The translations under genes were made by a program, and so were the position numbers. The notes under the pieces are model-generated. The model had not been told where the DNA came from, made no database searches, and was given only the letters and a program-made list of their open reading frames with translations. A stretch of DNA of 20,000 bases, taken from the sequence record SRR31156797_9223. One strand, written 5' to 3'. This document shows positions 1 through 8,395 of this stretch, one piece after another; the first letter of the stretch is position 1, and the number at the start of each line of letters is the position of its first letter.

Positions 1-413
1 TCTGCAGCAGAGTTGATACCGGAATCAGCTCTTACGATAAGCTGAGCAGGCGCACCGTAGAGATATCCGACAGCTCTTACACCAGTGTAAGCTTTTGTGT
101 CTTTAGGGGAAAGCTGACCAACAGAAGCGAGATAAGTATCACCAGCGTAAGCGATACCGAAATCTGCTCTACCAGCAGAAACGAGTCTAACGTTTTGAGT
201 TGAGCCGGCAGAAGCGGAAACATTAACCTTGTTCATGCCGATGAGTTTTTTGTCATTAGTCCACTGGCTGATACCTGATGCGAAGTACTGGAAAGTACCG
301 CCGGAAGGTCCGCCGGAGAACTTGTAAACTTTTGCCTCAGATGAAGCAGGGAAAGCAACAAGTACAGCTGTTACTGCGAAAATAGCAGTAAGCAAAGTAA
401 TAAGTTTCTTCAT
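1..413 (-). CDS. TAXI-family TRAP transporter solute-binding subunit (5' part; runs off the window start)
   Basis: Not in the ORF track; translated by hand from ATG at 413: MKKLITLLTAIFAVTAVLVAFPASSEA (signal peptide) KVYKFSGGPSGGTFQYFASGI...SASAGSTQNVRLVSAGRADFGIAYAGD...LYGAPAQLIVRADSGINS. These are typical TAXI motifs. AGGAGG RBS at 421-426. Confidence 0.9.
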   Translation of the reverse strand, partial: MKKLITLLTAIFAVTAVLVAFPASSEAKVYKFSGGPSGGTFQYFASGISQWTNDKKLIGMNKVNVSASAGSTQNVRLVSAGRADFGIAYAGDTYLASVGQLSPKDTKAYTGVRAVGYLYGAPAQLIVRADSGINSAA

Positions 414-442
414 AGAAAAGCCTCCTTTTATGTATAGGACAT

Positions 443-471
443 TTTTTACCATGGCTTATTAAAAAATACAA
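443..471 (-). promoter_or_regulatory. Putative sigma70 promoter of the TAXI gene
   Basis: Minus strand TTGTAT (471-466), 17-nt spacer, TGgTAAAAA extended -10 (hexamer 448-443). Confidence 0.45.
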
Positions 472-619
472 GAGTATTTTACTTTAAGCACTGCCTGTGT
501 TTGACTGTAATATATGCCCTATGTAAACTCATGATGTAACTAGTAAAATACGATTATAACATTGTTAACAACTGTTTTATTATTGTAAAATAATAGTGTA
601 CAACTTAATTTCTGTTTTA

Positions 620-1075
620 CTATTGGATAACCTTTTTGACCACATAAACGCAGCATTCAGCTTTTCTGACAACTTTTTCAGTAGTGCTGCCGGTAAAGAA
701 ACCTTCGATAGCGTTCTTACCCTTTGATGATATTACGATCAGGTCAACACCAAGATTTTTAGAGATTTTAATTATTTTATCGTAGGCGGTGCCTATTTCG
801 AAGTGGATTTCAAAGCTAATATCTTTCCCTTTAAGAAATTTATCAACTTTTTCATCCATGAGCTGTTTGTTGTATTCGTTGAGGTGTTTTTTAACTTCGC
901 CCAGCTTTTCATCATCGAGAAAAAACATAGGCATATGGTCTGTGTCCTGAGTGGAAACGTGGAGAAGGTGTATCTTAGAACCGAACTGCTCCGCCAGCTC
1001 CACAGCCTGCATAAGTGCCGCCTCAGAGTATTCAGAAAAGTCAGTAGGGACTAATATCGATTTTGGTTTAAACAT
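620..1075 (-). CDS. Universal stress protein (UspA family)
   Basis: ILVPTDFS...LLHV...G.AYDKI...DLIVISSKG...GSTTEKVVRKAECCVYVVK. Start moved to ATG 1075 because GGAGG lies at 1081-1085. Confidence 0.93.
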   Translation of the reverse strand: MFKPKSILVPTDFSEYSEAALMQAVELAEQFGSKIHLLHVSTQDTDHMPMFFLDDEKLGEVKKHLNEYNKQLMDEKVDKFLKGKDISFEIHFEIGTAYDKIIKISKNLGVDLIVISSKGKNAIEGFFTGSTTEKVVRKAECCVYVVKKVIQ

Positions 1076-1107
1076 GATAGCCTCCGAAAATTTTTTGTGT
1101 ATAAACA

Positions 1108-1136
1108 ATTATACCGCTGATTTTTCGGTTTTGCTA
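1108..1136 (-). promoter_or_regulatory. Putative sigma70 promoter of the usp gene
   Basis: Minus strand TAGCAA (1136-1131), 17-nt spacer, perfect TATAAT (1113-1108). Confidence 0.5.
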
Positions 1137-1140
1137 TTCG

Positions 1141-1875
1141 TTAAAGCTTAAAATTGTCAGTGAGGTTACTTATTCCAGGAAATTTATTAACATATGTCTC
1201 TTTGCAGTGGAGCATTATTCGCCCGGAAGTGTCCTCTCCGTAAAGGCTGTCGCCTATTATGGGGTGCCCGAGGTGAGAGAGGTAAGCCCTTAGCTGGTGT
1301 CTCGATGCATTCTCCATTTCAGCTTTAACAAGGGTGTGATTTTCAGATATCTCAATAGGTGTGAAAACGGTTTTATGTCCGCCTGGTTCCTCCAGCACTT
1401 TCACTTTCTTCTTCTTGTCTGCGTCTATTAAGTTATCCATGGTTACGGATTCTTTCATCTGCCCATGAACATAGGCTAGGTATATCTTCCTAGTGTCAAA
1501 GACAAAAAAACCGTAACGAATAGCGCAGATTACTCCGTCAGTGGTGTAGTCCAGCCTTGAAATAAGCTGATATTCAGATGAATAGGCTTTAACTATGTCT
1601 TCAACCGTGACAGGATCGTCAGGTTTCTGAAGGTCAGTGTGCATACCAGCAGGTTTATCAAAAAAGACGAGGTGGTCAAATTCTCTGATTATATAATCTT
1701 TCGGGTTAACATCAGGTCGTTTTGTATCAGCGGAAAGCTGAAGAGAACCCTCATCACTGTCTAGGTCTTTCTTCATCACCTGACCGTCGAGGAGCATCAT
1801 CCCTTCTTTTATATATCTCTTCGCCATGCGTACGGAAAGCCCGTACTCTTCTGCCAGCCTTCTGGAATATCTCAT
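1141..1875 (-). CDS. RluA-family RNA pseudouridine synthase with S4-like N-terminus
   Basis: DKPAG motif I, SRLDYTTDG (catalytic Asp), RHQLRAYLSHLGHPIIGDSLYG, MLHC. Confidence 0.88.
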   Translation of the reverse strand: MRYSRRLAEEYGLSVRMAKRYIKEGMMLLDGQVMKKDLDSDEGSLQLSADTKRPDVNPKDYIIREFDHLVFFDKPAGMHTDLQKPDDPVTVEDIVKAYSSEYQLISRLDYTTDGVICAIRYGFFVFDTRKIYLAYVHGQMKESVTMDNLIDADKKKKVKVLEEPGGHKTVFTPIEISENHTLVKAEMENASRHQLRAYLSHLGHPIIGDSLYGEDTSGRIMLHCKETYVNKFPGISNLTDNFKL

Positions 1876-1939
1876 TTAGCCTGTTCTCTCGGTATTATTT
1901 AGAAAAAGTATTACCACGAAGACAGTCTTTTGTCACCAG

Positions 1940-3112
1940 TTATAACTCTTTCATGTCGTCGAGCCAGCCAGCATTATCAGTAAGCTGATAGAATAGCATT
2001 CTCGATGCTTCTTCAGGTGCTTCCTGTCTTGCGTGTATCTGTTTCAGAACGAGAGTGTCGTCTTTACGCCCGCATATCTCAATCTTGCCTATGTCGTGCC
2101 CCATGATGAATTTAAACCTTTTAGAGTAGCCGTCCATATTCTTTCTTGCATCATCTACAATATCGATACCAGCCTTCAGCGGAACCTGAAAATGATGTCT
2201 GACTCTCTCCACTGGCATGCACTGATAGAGGTAGTAAGGGTTGATACCGAAGCTGGTTAACCCGTCCATCAGGTCTACAAGTGTATCAGAATCGTCATTA
2301 ACACCTTTTAGGAAAACTGCCTGATTATTCACAACAACACCTGCACCTCGAACCCTTGCGACAGCCTCTCTGGCGAGGTCTGTGAGCTCAGCAGGGTGGT
2401 TAAAATGTGTCGGTAAATAAAGTGTTTTCTCTTTATTAAAATCTTCAAAAAGCTGAATAAGTTCATCATCAAAAAAACGTGCAGGATAGACTACAGGTGC
2501 TCTTGAGCCTATGCGGACATAGTTGAGATGAGGTATATCTTTAAGTGCATCAAGCATCTCTCTGAGTGAATCAGTAGGTAAGAGGAGGGGGTCTCCACCG
2601 GATATGACAACATTAGTTATCTCTTTATGTTCGGCGATATACTTTGCGGCATTCTTAAAGTTTTCCACTGTCTGCTCATTAGGCAGCCCCACCATACGCT
2701 TTCTGAAGCAGTGTCTACAGTACATACTGCAATATTCAGTCGCTACAACCAGTGCTGTGTAGCTGTATTTGTGTAGTATTCCGTTACCTTTATCGTGCTT
2801 GTCGTCACCGTAAGGGTCTTTAGTTGTCTCACCCATGGCTCCTGCTAGGATAAGCTCATCTGATTCAGGTATGGCGAGCTTTCTGATTGGGTCGTGCTTG
2901 TCAGTAGGGTCTATTAAGCTGAGGTAATATCTAGGTATATTTATCGGGTGTTTTTCTGCTATCTCACGGAGAGCCTTCTCTTCGCTTTCAGAGAGCTCAA
3001 AATATTCCATAAGGTCATCAACAGAGTTTATATTGTTTCTAAGTTCTTTTTGCCAATCAATTTCTTTCCAGTTTATAGCACTTAAATCTGATATTAATTC
3101 CGCTGTTTTCAT
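1940..3112 (-). CDS. KamA-family radical SAM/PLP 2,3-aminomutase-like protein, substrate uncertain
   Basis: YYLSLIDP..DPIRK, CSMYCRHCFRKR (CxxxCxxC), ISGGDPL, RIGSR, THFNHP.E, NQAVFLKGVND, PYYLYQC, GK (candidate PLP lysine). Confidence 0.9.
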   Translation of the reverse strand: MKTAELISDLSAINWKEIDWQKELRNNINSVDDLMEYFELSESEEKALREIAEKHPINIPRYYLSLIDPTDKHDPIRKLAIPESDELILAGAMGETTKDPYGDDKHDKGNGILHKYSYTALVVATEYCSMYCRHCFRKRMVGLPNEQTVENFKNAAKYIAEHKEITNVVISGGDPLLLPTDSLREMLDALKDIPHLNYVRIGSRAPVVYPARFFDDELIQLFEDFNKEKTLYLPTHFNHPAELTDLAREAVARVRGAGVVVNNQAVFLKGVNDDSDTLVDLMDGLTSFGINPYYLYQCMPVERVRHHFQVPLKAGIDIVDDARKNMDGYSKRFKFIMGHDIGKIEICGRKDDTLVLKQIHARQEAPEEASRMLFYQLTDNAGWLDDMKEL

Positions 3113-3139
3113 TACATTACCCCAATTAAGATTTACAAG

Positions 3140-3167
3140 AGTTTATTTCATATATGAAATATGTCAA
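3140..3167 (-). promoter_or_regulatory. Putative sigma70 promoter of the kamA-like gene with an 18-bp palindromic operator in the spacer
   Basis: Minus strand TTGACA (3167-3162), 16-nt spacer, TAAACT (3145-3140). Perfect palindrome TATTTCATATATGAAATA at 3144-3161. Confidence 0.6.
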
Positions 3168-3278
3168 TATAAAAAATAGAAATAGAAAAGTTATAGGTAT
3201 GTAAAATATAGATATGAAAAGTGTAGTTATGTAATATTAATATATGAATTATTGATGAATTAAATGAGTTTTAGTTAA

Positions 3279-3306
3279 TTGCAACAAAGGGAGAATATGT
3301 TATAAA
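3279..3306 (+). promoter_or_regulatory. Putative extended -10 sigma70 promoter of the prmA operon
   Basis: TTGCAA 3279-3284, 16-nt spacer, TGtTATAAA (hexamer 3301-3306), ending 5 nt before the ATG at 3312. Confidence 0.5.
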
Positions 3307-3311
3307 AAGGT

Positions 3312-4082
3312 ATGTATGAATACAGATACGGCGAACTAGCCGAAGAGACAATCGAAAAACTGGCAAGCCTTGGTGTTTACCCTATTGAAGAAGCTTTCAA
3401 AGGGGAGACCAGGTGCAATGTAATATATTACGACGAAACACTTACGGATATCATCGAAGGTGAATATATCAGCAGAACCTTAGTAGAGGAGACAGGCTGG
3501 GATGAGAAATGGAAAGAATTTATCAAGCCGGGTAACCTGACTGCTAACCTGAAGTACGACTTCGATATAGCTAAAGAGGTGAGCGCTGACACGATCCTCA
3601 TTAATCCATCTATGGCTTTCGGTACCGGTACACACCCTACAACCCGGTGTGCGGCTGAGTTGCTTGAGAAAGTGAGTAAAGATAAGAGGGTGCTTGATGC
3701 GGGCTGCGGGAGCGGAATACTAGCCATTGCTGCATCAAAAAGAGGGGCAAAAGAGATTTTCGCCTTCGATATAGACGATGTTGCACTTGTTAATACTTAC
3801 GAAAATATTAAACTTAATAAGATAGAGAACATACACGCATGGGCTGGTGAGATAGGCGGCTTCAGAGGTGAGGTGGATGTCGTGGTGGCAAACATTATCA
3901 CCAGCGTGCTTAACCTTATTCATCCTGATGTTTTGGCTCTTAAGCCTGAGTATATAGTTTATTCCGGTATACTCGACAGCGAGTATGACGAGTTTTTGGC
4001 TCAGCTCGATACTTCCAGTTATAGCGTTGTGGAATCAAATGGTGTGGAAGAGTGGAGAGGAGTTTTACTTAAATGTCAATAA
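3312..4082 (+). CDS. prmA: Ribosomal protein L11 methyltransferase
   Basis: W..KWK, INPSMAFGTGTHPTT, VLDAGCGSGILAI, DID, VVANI, SGIL; upstream of rsmE. Confidence 0.92.
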   Translation: MYEYRYGELAEETIEKLASLGVYPIEEAFKGETRCNVIYYDETLTDIIEGEYISRTLVEETGWDEKWKEFIKPGNLTANLKYDFDIAKEVSADTILINPSMAFGTGTHPTTRCAAELLEKVSKDKRVLDAGCGSGILAIAASKRGAKEIFAFDIDDVALVNTYENIKLNKIENIHAWAGEIGGFRGEVDVVVANIITSVLNLIHPDVLALKPEYIVYSGILDSEYDEFLAQLDTSSYSVVESNGVEEWRGVLLKCQ

Positions 4083-4837
4083 CAGCGGTAATAGGTGACG
4101 TTCACGGGTGCATACGCACTCTCGATAAGCTTATAAACGATATTGAAAAACGTTTCAGCGATGTGCAGTACATCTCGCTCGGCGACATAATCGACAGGGG
4201 GCCCGGCATATGTGATGTTGTTCGTCTGTTCAGTGAGATGAGCGACGCCGGAAGGCTCAGGATGATACGTGGTAATCACGAGGATGTGCTGATAGATTTC
4301 GCTGATAAGACTAACGATTATAACCACCAGAACTGGCTCTGCTACGGCGGAAGGGAGACACTCGGCTGCCTCTCCGGTCAGGATGTGCCTGCGACACTTG
4401 AAGATATAAATCAGGACGATTTCATTCCGTTCATTAAGCCTCATATCGATTTCCTTAAAGCGGCAGAGTATAAGCATAGTGTCAGATATGATAATAATAA
4501 TTTTATGTTTTCCCACGCAGGTATAGGTCCCTCGAGAGGGCTTGCAAATATGGTTTACGAGTTTCAGGCGAGGGAAAACTATCTTTTCATGTGGTCACGT
4601 GACACATGGCAGTCAACCGAGCAGTATTACGGGTATACTATGGTACACGGGCACACCCCTACGAGGGAGATTGAGGCGCACGACAATCCGCACACACCTT
4701 ATGTTAATTATAACGACAAAGGTGAGCTGGTTAGTGTTGCGGTAGATACAGGCTGTGTTTACGGATATAGCCTGAGCAGTATGCTTATCGATCTTCACGG
4801 TGATTTCGAGTTTTTAAGTGTGAGGAACTGCGAGTGA
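4073..4837 (+). CDS. Calcineurin-like metallophosphoesterase (PPP/ApaH/PrpA-like)
   Basis: GDVHG, GDIIDRG, RGNHE, SHAG, VHGHTP, DTGCVYG..LS. Confidence 0.9.
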   Translation: MSITAVIGDVHGCIRTLDKLINDIEKRFSDVQYISLGDIIDRGPGICDVVRLFSEMSDAGRLRMIRGNHEDVLIDFADKTNDYNHQNWLCYGGRETLGCLSGQDVPATLEDINQDDFIPFIKPHIDFLKAAEYKHSVRYDNNNFMFSHAGIGPSRGLANMVYEFQARENYLFMWSRDTWQSTEQYYGYTMVHGHTPTREIEAHDNPHTPYVNYNDKGELVSVAVDTGCVYGYSLSSMLIDLHGDFEFLSVRNCE

Positions 4838-5520
4838 AAAGGATCTTTTATTCAGGTGAGCTGACAGATGTTTTTGAGATAGATGGTGATTATTTCCATT
4901 ATCTTAAGAATGTTATCAGGGCGAAGGCTGGGGACGCTATAGGCATCCTGACAGAATCAGAATTTGCTGAGTGTACTATCACTGAGTTTAATAAACGCTC
5001 TGCCGTTTTGAAAATTGAAAGCCGTAGACCTGCACAGAAGCACGATTATCAGCTGAAGGTTTATCAGTGTCTTTTGAAGCGTGAGTATATGGATTTCTCT
5101 GTTGAGAAATATGCCGAGCTTGGAGCAACTGAGATAGTGCCGGTTGTATCCGAACGCTCTCTTAAAGAGCTGAAAGATAAAACCATGCATAGATATAAGG
5201 ATATAGCGATGAAGGCTGTGCTCCAGTCTGAGAATGAGCAGCTTCCGGTTATACATGACGCTATCAAGCTTGAAGATGTTAAGGCTGATATGGATAGCAA
5301 TATTATCTTTTACGAGCGTTCTGATGAGAGTGGTAAGCTAACCGCCTCTAAGAGCATGAGCATGATTATCGGTCCGGAGGGCGGATTTACTGATGAGGAA
5401 TATCATCTGCTCGTTTCCAAAGGATTTACCCCAATTAAGCCTATTGAGCAGATACTCAAGGCGGAGACAGCTTCAGTGGTTTTTACAGGTTATGTCCGTA
5501 TCTTACAGGGGAGCCTCTGA
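4834..5520 (+). CDS. rsmE: 16S rRNA m3U1498 methyltransferase
   Basis: HYLKNVIR, EKYAELGA..I.PV.SERS, A..QS, IIGPEGGF..EE, ILKAETA (SPOUT fold). GTG start overlaps the upstream TGA. Confidence 0.92.
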   Translation: MKRIFYSGELTDVFEIDGDYFHYLKNVIRAKAGDAIGILTESEFAECTITEFNKRSAVLKIESRRPAQKHDYQLKVYQCLLKREYMDFSVEKYAELGATEIVPVVSERSLKELKDKTMHRYKDIAMKAVLQSENEQLPVIHDAIKLEDVKADMDSNIIFYERSDESGKLTASKSMSMIIGPEGGFTDEEYHLLVSKGFTPIKPIEQILKAETASVVFTGYVRILQGSL

Positions 5521-5990
5521 TGGAATTTACGGAACTTGATCAGCAGTATATGCAGGAAGCTATCAAAGAAGCGGAGAAGGCAGCCGCCAACGACGAAGTA
5601 CCTATTGGTGCGGTTATCGTTTGCGAGGGCGAGATAATAGGTCGTGGTGCTAACAGTAAAAACAGCGGTAAGTCAGCATTGAAACATGCTGAGATTGTAG
5701 CTATAGAGGATGCATCTTCTAAGATAGGCGACTGGCGTCTTGATGAGTGCTCTTTATACGTCACACTTGAGCCTTGCCTTATGTGTGCGGGGGCGATCAT
5801 CCACGCAAGAGTACGCAATGTCATTTTCGGAACCACTGAGCCTAAGTTCGGCGGTGTTGTGACACTAGCCCACACCTTTGACATAGAAGGACTCAACCAT
5901 AAGGTCAACTATAAGGGCGGACTTTACGCTTCTGAAATATCCGCTATGATGAAGAAATTTTTTAAAGATATTAGAGGTAAAAAAGTTTAA
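5520..5990 (+). CDS. tadA: tRNA adenosine(34) deaminase
   Basis: M..A..EA..A....EVPIGAVIV, HAE, DWRL, LYVTLEPCLMCAGA, NH, FFK..R. Confidence 0.88.
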   Translation: MEFTELDQQYMQEAIKEAEKAAANDEVPIGAVIVCEGEIIGRGANSKNSGKSALKHAEIVAIEDASSKIGDWRLDECSLYVTLEPCLMCAGAIIHARVRNVIFGTTEPKFGGVVTLAHTFDIEGLNHKVNYKGGLYASEISAMMKKFFKDIRGKKV

Positions 5991-6358
5991 GTGTAAGGGA
6001 CATCCTCTTCAAAGCTTGTAAGAAACTCTGATATAACAACCTTATCATATTCCTGAATCTCAACAAATTTAAAAGCTGTAAAACGTTTCCCCTGAGCAAT
6101 ATTTGGCTCGTCAGGATCTATACGCCAAACCATAGCTTTTGCATATATAAGGTCTTTTCCCCCTTTAAGTGGAATCTCTATCTGACATTCGTAATGCTCG
6201 TACATATGAAAATCATAACTGCTTCTTACTTGTAACCCGCCAATACTAACATCTATCATTTCTGTGAAGGAGAATTCACCTTCTTTTTTTAAGTAAATTT
6301 TAATAGGAACAGCGCTATAACGCTTAAATTCCCTTCTTTCATCAGTAGTAATCTTCAT
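5987..6358 (-). CDS. Single-domain PilZ protein (putative c-di-GMP receptor)
   Basis: ERREFKR (RxxxR) and DVSIGG (DxSxGG) motifs. GAGGG RBS upstream. Convergent 4-nt overlap with tadA. Confidence 0.85.
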   Translation of the reverse strand: MKITTDERREFKRYSAVPIKIYLKKEGEFSFTEMIDVSIGGLQVRSSYDFHMYEHYECQIEIPLKGGKDLIYAKAMVWRIDPDEPNIAQGKRFTAFKFVEIQEYDKVVISEFLTSFEEDVPYT

Positions 6359-6451
6359 AAATAATCCCTCACTTTATTCTCCGCATATCATTAATAATAA
6401 TTACTAAATGTAACACCTATTAAACTTGTAGGAAAGTCAATTCCTAAAATA

Positions 6452-8395
6452 TTACATAAAGAAATATGGGTCACGGTCTGTTTTCATTCTAAGAGTTGTC
6501 TTCGCATTCTCTTTTAAAGTATCAGAAGCTATATGTATTAATTTTGTTAACTCATTGTTCGATGGAGATTTTATTATTATTCCGTAACGGAAGCGATTTT
6601 GAATTTTAAATATAGGCGCTTGCGCCGGGTAAAAAATCTCTGCTGACTTATTATACCTTATAAGCGTGTCGTAAACAGTAAAAGCAGCATCTTTTACTGT
6701 ATCCTCGTTTGTGTGGGATAGGGTTATTCTGCACATTTTATAGAAAGGCGGATATTTAAACATCTCTCTCTGAGCCATCTCTTTTTCATAAAAGGAAGTG
6801 TCGAGGCAATCAAGCCTTGCGAAAAGGTCAACCTCTGGCATGTTCGTCTGGATGATTACACGTCCTTTCTTCTCTGCCCGTCCGGCACGCCCTGCAAGCT
6901 GTAAAAGTAGCTGATAGGCACGCTCACGATTGCGGAAGTCAGGAAGGGTGAACATATTGTCGATGTTGATGATTCCTGCGAGTGTAACATTGCTGAAATC
7001 AAGCCCCTTCGCCACGAGCTGTGTTCCTGCCATGATGGAATACTCTCCATCTTCAAAGCTTTTCAGCATCTCTGACAGCTTTTTATAGCTTTTTACATTC
7101 TCAGTATCGAGGCGTAAAATCTCTTTTTCAAATGTAGATTCAAGCACCTCTGCGACCTTCTCCGTACCTGCGCCGTAGTCTGTTATATCATCACTTCCAC
7201 ACTCGAGGCACTTCGGTCTGCGTACCTCTTGAGCACAGTAGTTGCATTTGCATATATTTGATGATTTATAGTAGGTTACCGCAACCGAACAGTTAGAACA
7301 GTTGACAATATTTCCGCATTTTCGGCAGTAGAGCGTGTGGGAGTAGCCTTTACGGTTGATGAGCAGAATAACCTGCTCGCCTTTATTTATAGTTTCATAA
7401 ATTGCATCATAAAGCGGCATAGAGAGGATTCCGCCTATCGGTTCCTCATTCTTCATGTCTACAATCTGAATCTCCGGCATGTCCGCATCTGGTCTGCAAG
7501 GGATAGAGTGATATTTGTATTTGCCGTTTTTTGCATTAGACCAGCTTTCAAGGGACGGTGTTGCACTCGCCAGCAGTACAGGGATGTTAAGTATCTTACC
7601 GTATAGCACTGACATATCACGAAGCTGATAAGATGGTATCTCGTCCTGTTTGTAACTGCTTTCGTGCTCTTCATCCACAATGATCATACCGATCTCTTTT
7701 GCGGGTATGAAAAGTGCGCTTCTTGCACCGAGCATCATCCTCAGTTCACCTGATGAGAACGCCCAGAAAGCTTCCTTGCGCCTCTTAGGGGTCTTTTTGC
7801 TATGGTAGGCTAAAACATCAAAGCCCATCCGCTTAGAGAGCCTGTTTTCCATCTGAGGTGTTAGTGATATCTCAGGTACGAGGTATAGAACCTGCTTGCC
7901 GGATGCGATAACGTCTTTTGCAAGCTCTATGAATATCTCAGTCTTTCCGCTGCCTGTTACGCCGTGTATCAGGTGTGTGGAAAATCCCTCAAGCTCCGGC
8001 TTGATGCTGTCATAAACCGACTTCTGAGCTTCATTAAGTGTCAGATTTTTTATCTCATGCTCTTTAATATCGGGGATAGTCTTTTCGCTGGCGTAAATCT
8101 GTTCAGAGATAACACCTTTGAGAACCTGCCCCTGACTTGCGCAGTAGTATTCGGATATATTTTTGATAAGCTTAAGGTAGTGTTCAGAGAATACAGGAGA
8201 TTCGTCGAGAGCCGCTATTATATCTCGGTATTTAATGTTCTCATCAGGGGCGGAATTTTCACCCAGCACTATGCCGGTGAGCTGTCTGCGTCCAAGTGGT
8301 ACATTAACCCTTATTCCGGCAGGTAGCGTTATGTCTGAGGTGTATGTGTATACCCCGCCGGCAGGCACAGGGACGAGAACATCTAAATATTTCAT
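6452..8395 (-). CDS. priA: Primosomal protein N' (replication restart helicase)
   Basis: N-terminal 3'-binding domain (G.RV.VPLGRR), GVTGSGKTE, VPEISLTPQ, DEEHE.SYKQ, SATPSLES, four CxxC zinc pairs, GTQLVAKGLDF, QLAGRAGR, D.DP at the C-terminus. Confidence 0.96.
   Translation of the reverse strand: MKYLDVLVPVPAGGVYTYTSDITLPAGIRVNVPLGRRQLTGIVLGENSAPDENIKYRDIIAALDESPVFSEHYLKLIKNISEYYCASQGQVLKGVISEQIYASEKTIPDIKEHEIKNLTLNEAQKSVYDSIKPELEGFSTHLIHGVTGSGKTEIFIELAKDVIASGKQVLYLVPEISLTPQMENRLSKRMGFDVLAYHSKKTPKRRKEAFWAFSSGELRMMLGARSALFIPAKEIGMIIVDEEHESSYKQDEIPSYQLRDMSVLYGKILNIPVLLASATPSLESWSNAKNGKYKYHSIPCRPDADMPEIQIVDMKNEEPIGGILSMPLYDAIYETINKGEQVILLINRKGYSHTLYCRKCGNIVNCSNCSVAVTYYKSSNICKCNYCAQEVRRPKCLECGSDDITDYGAGTEKVAEVLESTFEKEILRLDTENVKSYKKLSEMLKSFEDGEYSIMAGTQLVAKGLDFSNVTLAGIINIDNMFTLPDFRNRERAYQLLLQLAGRAGRAEKKGRVIIQTNMPEVDLFARLDCLDTSFYEKEMAQREMFKYPPFYKMCRITLSHTNEDTVKDAAFTVYDTLIRYNKSAEIFYPAQAPIFKIQNRFRYGIIIKSPSNNELTKLIHIASDTLKENAKTTLRMKTDRDPYFFM

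Noticed and set aside
3110..3117. ATG-TAA start-stop element overlapping the kamA-like start (ATGTAATG on the minus strand)
   Set aside because: The GGGG RBS is 2 nt from the upstream ATG but 7 nt from the real start; likely chance.
6429..6446. TAGGAA-N6-TTCCTA hairpin after priA as a terminator
   Set aside because: Short AT-rich stem with no U-tract.
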